36,561 nt of DNA, from the NCBI GenBank assembly GCA_045657645.1, contig JAZOTL010000021.1, positions 1 through 36,561 on the forward strand, written 5' to 3'. Positions 1 through 7,963 of this stretch are shown here, piece by piece; within the stretch, counting starts at the first letter, position 1; every line of letters starts with the position of its first letter. The position numbers and the translations under genes are program-made. Below the pieces are notes generated by a model. It was not told the DNA's origin. It made no database searches and was given only the letters and a program-made list of their open reading frames with translations. The DNA is from Eubacteriales bacterium (GTDB lineage Bacteria > Bacillota > Clostridia > Oscillospirales > CAG-272).

Positions 1-21
1 ATTTGGGAAGGCTTTTTTCTC

Positions 22-203
22 ATCCTTTGTAAAAAAGCTTGGCAAAAACCACCTTGCGGTGGAGCCATAATCGCGTGAAGTTTAGTTTGAACATAAAATC
101 TGTAGCACGAAAGGTGAGGTTTTTACAAACCCATTATTAAAAGCTTAATGTTTTGAATTAAATTGTTCCTTTAGGTGCTCGGATATTTTGTCTACATATT
201 ACT
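22..203 (-). repeat. Mosaic intergenic repeat, copy A (minus orientation, modules M1-M2-M3-M4)
   Basis: The reverse complement (RC) of 131-185 (ccgagcacctaaaggaacaatttaattcaaaacatt...) matches 17768-17811 (+) and the RC of 36356-36400. The RC of 49-130 aligns almost base for base with 9735-9829 (+), including the hairpin CCACC-GCAA-GGTGG (49-62). Positions 24-49 match 36324-36349. Confidence 0.7.
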
Positions 204-236
204 AAAGCCTTCCCAATAATTCGGGAAGGCTTTTTT
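204..236. terminator. Rho-independent terminator hairpin (gccttccc-N8-gggaaggc followed by T6)
   Basis: Stem 207-214 pairs with 223-230, and the T-run is 231-236. The same right arm plus T-run (gggaaggcttttttct) recurs at 5-20, and a near-identical hairpin occurs at 17717-17743. It lies downstream of pflA on the opposite strand. Confidence 0.6.
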
Positions 237-284
237 CTAAAATTTTATGCTACATATTTTGAGTTTATATTAAACTCCACGCAT

Positions 285-1046
285 TTACGTGGTTTTCTTT
301 TTATTAAAAATAGTTTTATAAAAAGCGTTAAGTATGGTGGTTTTAGCTTTGGCGGCCTCATCACCTGTTGCGGCGGGTACGTCCTTTAGGGGATATTCTA
401 TGCCAAGCTTTTCGTACTTATTAACACCAAGGGTGTGATAGGGCAGTACGTCAAGAGCCTTAACGTTAGTAAGCGAGCCTATAAAGCACCCCAGGGCTGT
501 GAGCTGCTTTTGACTGTCTGTAACACCGGGTACAAGCACGTGGCGCACCCAAATGGGCATCTTTTTTGCTTCAAGATATCTTGCAAAATCAAGTATGCCT
601 TCGTTTGGCATACCGGTAAGCTCTTTATGTTCAGCGCTATCAATATGCTTAATATCCAGCATAACAAGATCACATACATCCATAAGCTTATCAAGCTTAT
701 GGGTAAACTCTGTATTTTTAGCGTTATACAAAGCACCCGAGGTATCTATACAGGTATGGATACCCTTTTCTTTTGCAAGGGTAAAAAGCTCTGTTACAAA
801 GTCAATCTGCATGAGGGGTTCTCCCCCTGTAACGGTTATGCCGCCGTTGGAATAAAAGGAACGGTTTTTTTCAAACTGTGCCAAAATTTCCGCAACCGTC
901 ATCTCATTGCCCGTACCGGGCTCCCAGGTATCGGGGTTGTGGCAATACTTACATCTTAAGGGGCAACCCTGCAAAAACACCACAAAACGAATTCCGGGAC
1001 CGTCAACGGTCCCGAAACTTTCTATGGAATGAATATATCCCTTCAT
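285..1046 (-). CDS. pflA: Pyruvate formate-lyase activating enzyme (radical SAM glycyl-radical activase)
   Basis: 253 aa. The N-terminus GTVDGPGIRFVVFLQGCPLRCKYCHNPDTW carries the CX3CX2C radical-SAM motif. Its start lies 1 nt after the stop of the glycyl-radical ORF. Confidence 0.93.
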   Translation of the reverse strand: MKGYIHSIESFGTVDGPGIRFVVFLQGCPLRCKYCHNPDTWEPGTGNEMTVAEILAQFEKNRSFYSNGGITVTGGEPLMQIDFVTELFTLAKEKGIHTCIDTSGALYNAKNTEFTHKLDKLMDVCDLVMLDIKHIDSAEHKELTGMPNEGILDFARYLEAKKMPIWVRHVLVPGVTDSQKQLTALGCFIGSLTNVKALDVLPYHTLGVNKYEKLGIEYPLKDVPAATGDEAAKAKTTILNAFYKTIFNKKKTT

Positions 1047-1047
1047 A

Positions 1048-1290
1048 TTAGATCTGGTCGTGGAAGGTACGGGAAATAACCTCGTCCTGCTGTTCCTTTG
1101 TGAGCTTTATGAAGTTTACTGCGTAACCGCTTACTCTTACGGTAAGCTGGGGATATCTTTCAGGGTGTGCCTGTGCATCAAGGAGAGTTTCCTTGGTGAA
1201 CACATTTACGTTAAGGTGGTGTCCGCCCTTCTGAACGTAACCGTCAAGAAGAGTTACCAGGTTATCTATCTGATTCTGTGTTGCCTTCAT
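1048..1290 (-). CDS. Stand-alone glycyl-radical domain protein (PFL C-terminal module, GrcA/YfiD-like)
   Basis: 80 aa. GGHHLNVNV...[23 protein letters not shown] is the PFL C-terminal glycyl-radical fingerprint. The ATG overlaps the upstream stop (TAATG), and GAGGAGG sits 7 nt upstream. Confidence 0.85.
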   Translation of the reverse strand: MKATQNQIDNLVTLLDGYVQKGGHHLNVNVFTKETLLDAQAHPERYPQLTVRVSGYAVNFIKLTKEQQDEVISRTFHDQI

Positions 1291-3398
1291 TATTGTTCCT
1301 CCTCTACGTCAAGGGATTCAAAAAGTGTGGGTGAGAAGCAAGCGCCGTTGCCGCAATCTATATCAACGTCTATATCGCCTGCAAAAATCTTATCCTCTTT
1401 ACCAAGTGCACCGGGGATTACAGAGAAGGTATTGGAAATACCGTCCTGAGCATCGATAAAGGGAAGCTTGGAAACAGAAGCAAGGGATGCAACAGCACCG
1501 TTTGTATCTCTGCGATGCATGGGGTTAGCACCGGGAGCAAATGCCTCGCCTGCCTTACGGCCGTCGGGAGTAGAGCCTGTAGCCTTACCGTATACAACGT
1601 TTGATGTGATTGTAAGGATAGAGGTTGTAGGAATACTGCGGCGGTAGGTGTGATTCTTTCTTACGTGCTCCATAAAGATGTGAACTATATCACGTGCGAT
1701 AGAGTCAACGCGGTCATCGTCGTTACCGTATTTGGGGAAGTCACCCTCTACGGCGTAGTCAACTGCAAGACCCTGTTCATCACGAATAACCTTAACCTTT
1801 GCATACTTGATTGCAGAAAGGGAGTCTGCAACAACGGAAAGACCTGCAATACCTGTAGCAAACCATCTTGTAACGTTCTTATCGTGAAGCGCCATCTGGA
1901 GCTTTTCGTAGCAGTACTTATCGTGCATATAGTGGATAACGTTGAGGGTGTTTACATAAACCTCTGCAAGCCATCTCATCATTGCATCATACTTGCGCAT
2001 TACTTCGTCATAATCGAGGTATTCGCTTGTGATTGCCTGGAATTCAGGACCTACCTGCTTCTTGGTTATCTCGTCCTTACCACCGTTTATAGCGTAAAGC
2101 AAGCACTTTGCAAGGTTTGCTCTTGCGCCGAAGAACTGCATTTCCTTACCAACACGCATAGATGATACACAGCAAGCAATTGCATAGTCATCACCGTGGG
2201 TAAATCTCATAAGGTCATCATTTTCATACTGTATAGAAGAGGTTTCGATAGAAATCTTTGCACAGTATTTCTTGAAGTTTTCAGGAAGATTTACAGACCA
2301 AAGTACTGTAAGGTTAGGCTCGGGTGAGGGGCCAAGGTTGTTAAGAGTGTGCAGGTAACGGTAGGACATCTTTGTTACCATGTGTCTGCCGTCGATTGCA
2401 ACACCGCCGATAGACTCTGTTACCCACTGGGGGTCACCGGAGAAGAGTGCGTTGTACTCGGGAGTACGGGCAAACTTTACAAGACGGAGCTTCATAATGA
2501 AATGGTCGATCATTTCCTGAATTTCGCTCTCGGTGTAAATACCCTTCTTCAAGTCTCTTTCAGCGTATATATCAAGGAAGGTGGAGGTACGTCCAAGGGA
2601 CATTGCAGCACCGTTCTGTTCCTTGATTGCAGCAAGGTAACCAAAGTAGAGCCACTGGATAGCTTCCTTTGTATCTCTTGCGGGCTTGGAAATATCATAG
2701 CCGTAGCTTGCTGCCATTTCCTTTAACTGGCCAAGGGCACGAATCTGCTCTGCCAATTCCTCACGCTCACGGATTATCTCGGAATACATTGCGGAACGGG
2801 TAGTTTCCTTCTGTTCCATCTTATCCTCGATAAGTCTGTCAACACCGTAAAGCGCAACACGGCGGTAGTCACCGATTATACGGCCACGGCCGTAAGCATC
2901 GGGAAGACCTGTGATTATGTGGCTGCTGCGGCAAGCACGCATTTCAGGGGTGTAAACGTCAAATACACCTGCGTTGTGGGTCTTGCGGTGTACGCTGAAG
3001 AACTCCTTCAAGTGGGAATCTATCTCGTAACCGTTATCCTTACAAGCCTTTTCTGCGGTTCTGATACCACCGTAAGGCATAAATGCACGCTTAAAGGGCT
3101 TGTCTGTCTGGAAGCCTACTATCTTTTCCTTATCCTTATCAAGGTAACCGGGGCCGTGAGAAGTAATTGTGGAAATAATATCGGTATCCATATCAAGAAC
3201 ACCGCCTGCCTCAATTTCCTTCTTGGAAAGTTCGCTTACCTGATCCCAAAGAGCAAGTGTATCTTCGGTAGCTTCACAAAGGAAGTCCTCATTACCGTCA
3301 TAGGGTGTAAAATTATGTCTAATAAAACTGCGAACGTGGACATCATTCATCCAAGTTCCTTCTTCAAAGCCTTCCCAGGCTTCAAATGAATACTTCAT
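1290..3398 (-). CDS. pflB: Pyruvate formate-lyase catalytic core lacking the glycyl-radical C-terminal domain
   Basis: 702 aa. It is PflB-like throughout ([22 protein letters not shown]; active-site [11 protein letters not shown]; GANPMHRRD). It ends with a non-homologous 32-aa acidic tail instead of the RVSGYAV region. Confidence 0.9.
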   Translation of the reverse strand: MKYSFEAWEGFEEGTWMNDVHVRSFIRHNFTPYDGNEDFLCEATEDTLALWDQVSELSKKEIEAGGVLDMDTDIISTITSHGPGYLDKDKEKIVGFQTDKPFKRAFMPYGGIRTAEKACKDNGYEIDSHLKEFFSVHRKTHNAGVFDVYTPEMRACRSSHIITGLPDAYGRGRIIGDYRRVALYGVDRLIEDKMEQKETTRSAMYSEIIREREELAEQIRALGQLKEMAASYGYDISKPARDTKEAIQWLYFGYLAAIKEQNGAAMSLGRTSTFLDIYAERDLKKGIYTESEIQEMIDHFIMKLRLVKFARTPEYNALFSGDPQWVTESIGGVAIDGRHMVTKMSYRYLHTLNNLGPSPEPNLTVLWSVNLPENFKKYCAKISIETSSIQYENDDLMRFTHGDDYAIACCVSSMRVGKEMQFFGARANLAKCLLYAINGGKDEITKKQVGPEFQAITSEYLDYDEVMRKYDAMMRWLAEVYVNTLNVIHYMHDKYCYEKLQMALHDKNVTRWFATGIAGLSVVADSLSAIKYAKVKVIRDEQGLAVDYAVEGDFPKYGNDDDRVDSIARDIVHIFMEHVRKNHTYRRSIPTTSILTITSNVVYGKATGSTPDGRKAGEAFAPGANPMHRRDTNGAVASLASVSKLPFIDAQDGISNTFSVIPGALGKEDKIFAGDIDVDIDCGNGACFSPTLFESLDVEEEQ

Positions 3399-3449
3399 AT
3401 ATATATTCTCCTTTCATAGGCATATTATTTATTTTTTTACCAGTACAAT

Positions 3450-3478
3450 AGTATATCACTAATTAATAATATTTTCAA
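3450..3478 (-). promoter_or_regulatory. SigA-type promoter for the pfl operon
   Basis: On the minus strand it reads TTGAAA, a 17-nt spacer, then TATACT, with a TGn extended -10 (gTGaTATACT). It sits about 50 nt upstream of the pflB ATG. Confidence 0.55.
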
Positions 3479-3675
3479 TAGTAATTTACTCCCAAAATAT
3501 TAATATTTTTATAAAAAATTATGTTATTTTTTTAATTGCGACCCCTTTTGAATTGCCTATCCCCTTACTTTTCCATTAATCATCTTTTGAAGCAAAAAAA
3601 CATCATAAAAATACCTGCACGCAATGACAAAGTTATCAGAGGCTTTGGGATAATCTTATTATACAAATTAAAAGG

Positions 3676-6081
3676 ATGGATAAAGAAATGGATAACAAAA
3701 AATCAAAAGACGTATGGTCCCGCAGAGCTTTGGCGGGAATTGAAGGAATAAAGCGAAAGACAAAGACCTTTTTTGAAAGGTATGTTACCGTAGAGGGTAC
3801 TGCCGACGAAATAAAGCAGGAAGCAAAGTACAGGCTTAACTACGCATCCCTTGGTGTGGCCTTGGGGCTTTTGGCCTTCTTTTTAGCCAGGGGTACTTTC
3901 CCCTTTTCGGTTCGCCCCATGGGCGCCGCCCTTATGTGCGCCGCCACCGCTTACACCCCCTTTATATACGTGGGGCTTGTAATAGCATCAATTTTTGAAA
4001 ATAACACCTTAATATACTTTGTTACATATACTGTGGGCTTTGTACTGCGCTTTGCAGGCAGTTATCTTTTTTCAAAAAACAAGCAAGAGCTTTTTTATTA
4101 TGACGGCATAGTTATAAAGGCCCTTTGCGCCACCGTTATGATGTTTGTTTGTGGGGCAGGAAGCTGTGTTGCCGGGGGATTTTTATATTACGACCTTTTC
4201 GGCGCTCTTTTAGGTATTGTGTGCGCCCCCGTGCTTGTTTACCTGTATTCCGGTGTTTTCGATAAGAAGGCCCGCTTTACCGCCCTGCACGATGCAGGCA
4301 CTGCTGCCCTTATGGCATCCCTTGTTTTTGCCCTTAGGGATATGCAGCTTTTCGGCTTTTCCCTTGGGGCGGTGGCGGCATTCGGGCTTTCGCTGTATAT
4401 TTCAAAGGAATGCGGTATGCTGCGGGGAGGCATTATAGGGCTTATTTGCGGCCTTGCATATAATATGCTTTACGCTCCGCTTTTTGCAATCTCCGCTCTG
4501 GTTTCAGGACTTTTCTGGAAAACGGGAACGGTGGCGGCAAGTATTGCGGCGCTGCTGGGCGGTGTGTTTTACGGTGTATATGCAGGGGGCTTTGGCACCC
4601 TGCGCACCCTTGCGCCGGATCTTCTTTGCGCAACTCTCATATTTACCCCTCTTGCAAATATGGAGCTCCTGCCCCTGCCAACACTTTACCGTGGGGGTAC
4701 AAGTGCAGGTATAGCACAAGCCAAGGAAACTGTAGCAAGCCAGAGCCTGCGAGGAACAAACCTTAAGCTTAAAAACATTTCGGATGCAATGACCACCCTT
4801 GCGGGCATATTTCATAAGCTTTCAAACGCAGAAAAGAAGCCGGAGCTTAAACGCACGGCACAGCGTTGCCGGGATTGTTTTTTTGAGCATTGTAACAAAT
4901 GCGCTTCCTACGATATATGCTGGGATGATAAATACCCCGAATCGGAAGCAACGCTTCGGGATATTGCCATAGAGGTTTATGAAGGCGCCCTTGCCACAAA
5001 AGCATCCCTTGCCGCTACCCCCTTTGAGGATTGCCCCTGCATTGACGATATACTAAAGGATATCAACAACGCCTACGCAAAGGAGCTTTCCGAGGCTCTT
5101 GAGGGGAACAAGGCAGAGATTTTTGCCGTAGACTATAACGCTATGTCTGCTTTGTTAAACGAAGCCATAAACGAAAACGCACGGGAGTATGAAATTGACG
5201 AAGCTCTTACCTCAAGACTGAAAAACGCCGCCCGATACCTTAATTTTACCTCCCATACCCTTTGCGTATACGGAAAAAGACGAAAAAAGATAATTGCCTC
5301 CGGGGTGGACCTTGCAAGGGTAAAGCTTGGCGTTGAGGAAATACGCCGCAGCTTTGAAAGGGTTATAGGCGCGCCCCTTACCGGGCCTGCCTTTTCGGTG
5401 GAAGGGGGCAACGTTACAATGAGCCTTGCCGCCTCCCCCCTTTACAAATGCGAGTTCTTTTCCCGAAGCGCCAAAAAGCCGGGAGAGGATATTAACGGCG
5501 ACAGCGTTACACACTTTAAAAATAACGAGGAGTATTTTTACACCGTGTTGAGTGACGGTATGGGAAGCGGCAGAGATGCCGCCCTTGCCAGCCGCCTTAC
5601 AGCCGTTTACCTTGAAAAGATGCTTGCTTGCGGAAATAACAAAAGCCAGACCCTTTCTATGCTGAACTCCTTTATTTCACAAAAAAGCAAGGAGTGCTTC
5701 GCAACGGTAGACCTATTAGAGGTAGACCTGCTGACCGGCAAGGCAAGCTTTATAAAAAGCGGGGCCGCAGCCTCTTACATTCTGCGGGGTTCAAGCCTTT
5801 TCAAGATAGCTTCCCAAACAATGCCCATAGGTATAGTAAGAGAGCTGAACGCAGAAGAGGTGACCTTTGAGCTTTTGGATAACGATATTATAGTTATGGT
5901 AAGTGACGGAGTTTCTGCCTGCTTTGAGGACGGGGTGTGGCTTACAGAGCTGCTCACCGAGGGCTGGCGCCGCAAGGACACCCCCGATGATATATGCCTG
6001 CGCATCCTTGACGCCGCCGCGGAGCACAACGGCAGACGGGACGATATGAGCGTTGCCATGATAAAGGTAAGTAAAACGTAA
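3676..6081 (+). CDS. spoIIE: Stage II sporulation protein E (membrane PP2C phosphatase)
   Basis: 801 aa. About 10 hydrophobic N-terminal segments are followed by a central domain and a C-terminal PP2C domain (GDSVTHF...YFYTVLSDGMGSGRDAALAS...VMVSDGV...RRDDMSV). An alternative start is the ATG at 3688. Confidence 0.9.
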   Translation: MDKEMDNKKSKDVWSRRALAGIEGIKRKTKTFFERYVTVEGTADEIKQEAKYRLNYASLGVALGLLAFFLARGTFPFSVRPMGAALMCAATAYTPFIYVGLVIASIFENNTLIYFVTYTVGFVLRFAGSYLFSKNKQELFYYDGIVIKALCATVMMFVCGAGSCVAGGFLYYDLFGALLGIVCAPVLVYLYSGVFDKKARFTALHDAGTAALMASLVFALRDMQLFGFSLGAVAAFGLSLYISKECGMLRGGIIGLICGLAYNMLYAPLFAISALVSGLFWKTGTVAASIAALLGGVFYGVYAGGFGTLRTLAPDLLCATLIFTPLANMELLPLPTLYRGGTSAGIAQAKETVASQSLRGTNLKLKNISDAMTTLAGIFHKLSNAEKKPELKRTAQRCRDCFFEHCNKCASYDICWDDKYPESEATLRDIAIEVYEGALATKASLAATPFEDCPCIDDILKDINNAYAKELSEALEGNKAEIFAVDYNAMSALLNEAINENAREYEIDEALTSRLKNAARYLNFTSHTLCVYGKRRKKIIASGVDLARVKLGVEEIRRSFERVIGAPLTGPAFSVEGGNVTMSLAASPLYKCEFFSRSAKKPGEDINGDSVTHFKNNEEYFYTVLSDGMGSGRDAALASRLTAVYLEKMLACGNNKSQTLSMLNSFISQKSKECFATVDLLEVDLLTGKASFIKSGAAASYILRGSSLFKIASQTMPIGIVRELNAEEVTFELLDNDIIVMVSDGVSACFEDGVWLTELLTEGWRRKDTPDDICLRILDAAAEHNGRRDDMSVAMIKVSKT

Positions 6082-6084
6082 AAA

Positions 6085-6115
6085 GGAGATACAGCATGTC
6101 TGTATCTCCTTTTTT
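6085..6115. terminator. Bidirectional rho-independent terminator between convergent genes
   Basis: The stem ggagatacag (6085-6094) pairs with ctgtatctcc (6100-6109). T6 follows and A4 precedes. Confidence 0.75.
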
Positions 6116-6159
6116 CAATCATAATATAAGTTTTTGCTTTTGGTTGGACAGCTTACCGC

Positions 6160-7872
6160 TTATTTACCTAACCAGTTGTTTACGTTACCAAAGTAATCAA
6201 ACGCTCCACCTGCAACGTTGGTATAGTCAAATACCATAAGTCCGCCCAGATTAAAACGATTGATGTACTTACACTTTTCCTCGGTAGAACGCATATCGTC
6301 AAAGGAATAAAGATATCCTGTACTGGGGTTATAAAGGCTTACTGCCTTTACCACGTCATCCCAGTAGGTGTAAAATCCATCCATGGAAGCGGTGGGGTCA
6401 TTGTAATTAATGAGGTGGTAAAGCTCGTTTAAGGTTTTGGGCTGATCGGAATTTGCTCTGCCGGGGCAGTACATACCAACGGTACCGTTACCCTGAACAT
6501 CGCTCCACTGCTGAGAGTAAACGCCTGCGCCTACAAGGAGCTTTGAGCGCTGAAGACCTCTTCTAAGGCACTCCTGAATCTGTGCATCGGTTGAACCGCC
6601 TGTATAAACAGGAGGCAGGTTGGGGTTGGAATAAAGAGCGCACTGATTATAGGTCATATCTCTTTCGGAGTGCATATCGTAGTTCATAAGGTTAAAGTAA
6701 TCTACGTAATGCTGAAGCTCCTCAAGGTTGCTGTAAAGGCTGAACACCCAGGTAGAACCGGGCAGAGCCATAGTTATAAGATAATCCTTGCCTGTCTTTT
6801 CTGCAAGCTTATCAAGCTTTGCACGCAAAGAGGTAAGGTAATATTCAAGATTTGCCTGGGGAATGTTGCCTGTAGGGAACTCATAGTCAAAGTCCACACC
6901 GTCAAAATCATACTTTTCCACCAACGCTACGGTTGCGTTAACAAAGGTATCGCAATTAGAATAGGGGTACATCCACTTTTCTATATCTTCACCACCGTTT
7001 GTAGCAATGGTAAGTACGTATTTAAGGTCGGGGTTAACGTATTTGGATTCGCGGCGAATAACGTTCACCCTTGTCATATAGTTTTCGTTAATGGTCTTCT
7101 TAACACCATCTGCGTGAGCAGGCTGGAAGTTAATTATATCAACCTTCGCAAGGTCGTCTATATTAATGGTGCCTGCCGCGTTACAGTACGCAACTACCTT
7201 CTTTTCATTAGGAGTGGTGATACGGTCTATAGCACCGCTGAAATTGTAGAGGAACATAGCCGCATCAGCTCTTGTTACAAGCTGTGTGGGGTACTGGCGG
7301 TTGTTTTCATCAAGGGGTATAAAACCTACCTTGTATGCGTAATCACAAGCATCCTGTGCCCAAGCAGCAGCCTTTGCATTACCACGGTCCATAGTGCGAA
7401 CCTTTTCGTGTGTAAATTCAAGGAGCATACCGTTTACAGAAGCATAGTTCTTCATCATTACGGCAATCTGCTGTCTTGTAATAACGGTGTTGGGGGAGAA
7501 GTTTCCTCCGCCTGTTCCACTCATTATACCCTTTTCTGCCGCCCAAACAGATGTTGCAGCATACCAATCCTTAGCCTTTACGTCCTTAAAGGTATTCTTA
7601 CCTGCATAAGGGGCAAGGTCATCACCGGAAAAGCTTGCCATAAGGGTAGCAAACTGTGCACGGGTAAGGGTCTTTTCGGGGCTGAATTTATTGCCGCCGG
7701 TTCCCTTCATATATCCCTTTTCTATCGCCCAGTTAACAGCCTCATAGTAGTCCGCATAGGGATCAACGTCTATGAAATCGTCAGCTGAGGCTGCACCTGC
7801 AGAAAATATCATACAGGAAAAAAGTGTTGCGCAGCAAAGCAACAACGCTGTTATTTTTTTGAGATTCATCAT
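6160..7872 (-). CDS. Secreted SLH-domain protein with a GH18 (chitinase-like) catalytic domain
   Basis: 570 aa. It has a signal peptide, then three SLH-like repeats (F.DV...W...A...G...G..G..F.P....TR.Q). The GH18 motif DGVDFDYE (DxxDxDxE) is intact. Confidence 0.8.
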   Translation of the reverse strand: MMNLKKITALLLCCATLFSCMIFSAGAASADDFIDVDPYADYYEAVNWAIEKGYMKGTGGNKFSPEKTLTRAQFATLMASFSGDDLAPYAGKNTFKDVKAKDWYAATSVWAAEKGIMSGTGGGNFSPNTVITRQQIAVMMKNYASVNGMLLEFTHEKVRTMDRGNAKAAAWAQDACDYAYKVGFIPLDENNRQYPTQLVTRADAAMFLYNFSGAIDRITTPNEKKVVAYCNAAGTINIDDLAKVDIINFQPAHADGVKKTINENYMTRVNVIRRESKYVNPDLKYVLTIATNGGEDIEKWMYPYSNCDTFVNATVALVEKYDFDGVDFDYEFPTGNIPQANLEYYLTSLRAKLDKLAEKTGKDYLITMALPGSTWVFSLYSNLEELQHYVDYFNLMNYDMHSERDMTYNQCALYSNPNLPPVYTGGSTDAQIQECLRRGLQRSKLLVGAGVYSQQWSDVQGNGTVGMYCPGRANSDQPKTLNELYHLINYNDPTASMDGFYTYWDDVVKAVSLYNPSTGYLYSFDDMRSTEEKCKYINRFNLGGLMVFDYTNVAGGAFDYFGNVNNWLGK

Positions 7873-7963
7873 ATTCGTACCTCTTTTAAAAGTTCGCTCC
7901 GTTGGAGCCTACATACATTCTACAGTATAATTGTTTCCTTTTTATGAATATTGAAATAAATAG

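Noticed and set aside
1285-1400. The pflB split explained as a sequencing frameshift or pseudogene.
   Set aside because: No PFL residues are missing between the two ORFs. The extra ~100 nt provide an SD and a stop/start overlap, and the small ORF's frame is closed by a TGA 7 codons upstream, so a single indel cannot restore one ORF. Assembly error or a recent insertion cannot be fully excluded without reads or relatives.
3536-3751. A 71-aa ORF on the + strand upstream of and overlapping spoIIE.
   Set aside because: It lies in AT-rich promoter DNA and runs into the spoIIE start in another frame. It has no SD and a lysine/isoleucine-rich composition typical of AT-rich noise.
6670-7788. A 372-aa ORF on the + strand.
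   Set aside because: It is antisense to the SLH-GH18 gene and has no recognisable domain. It is a shadow ORF.
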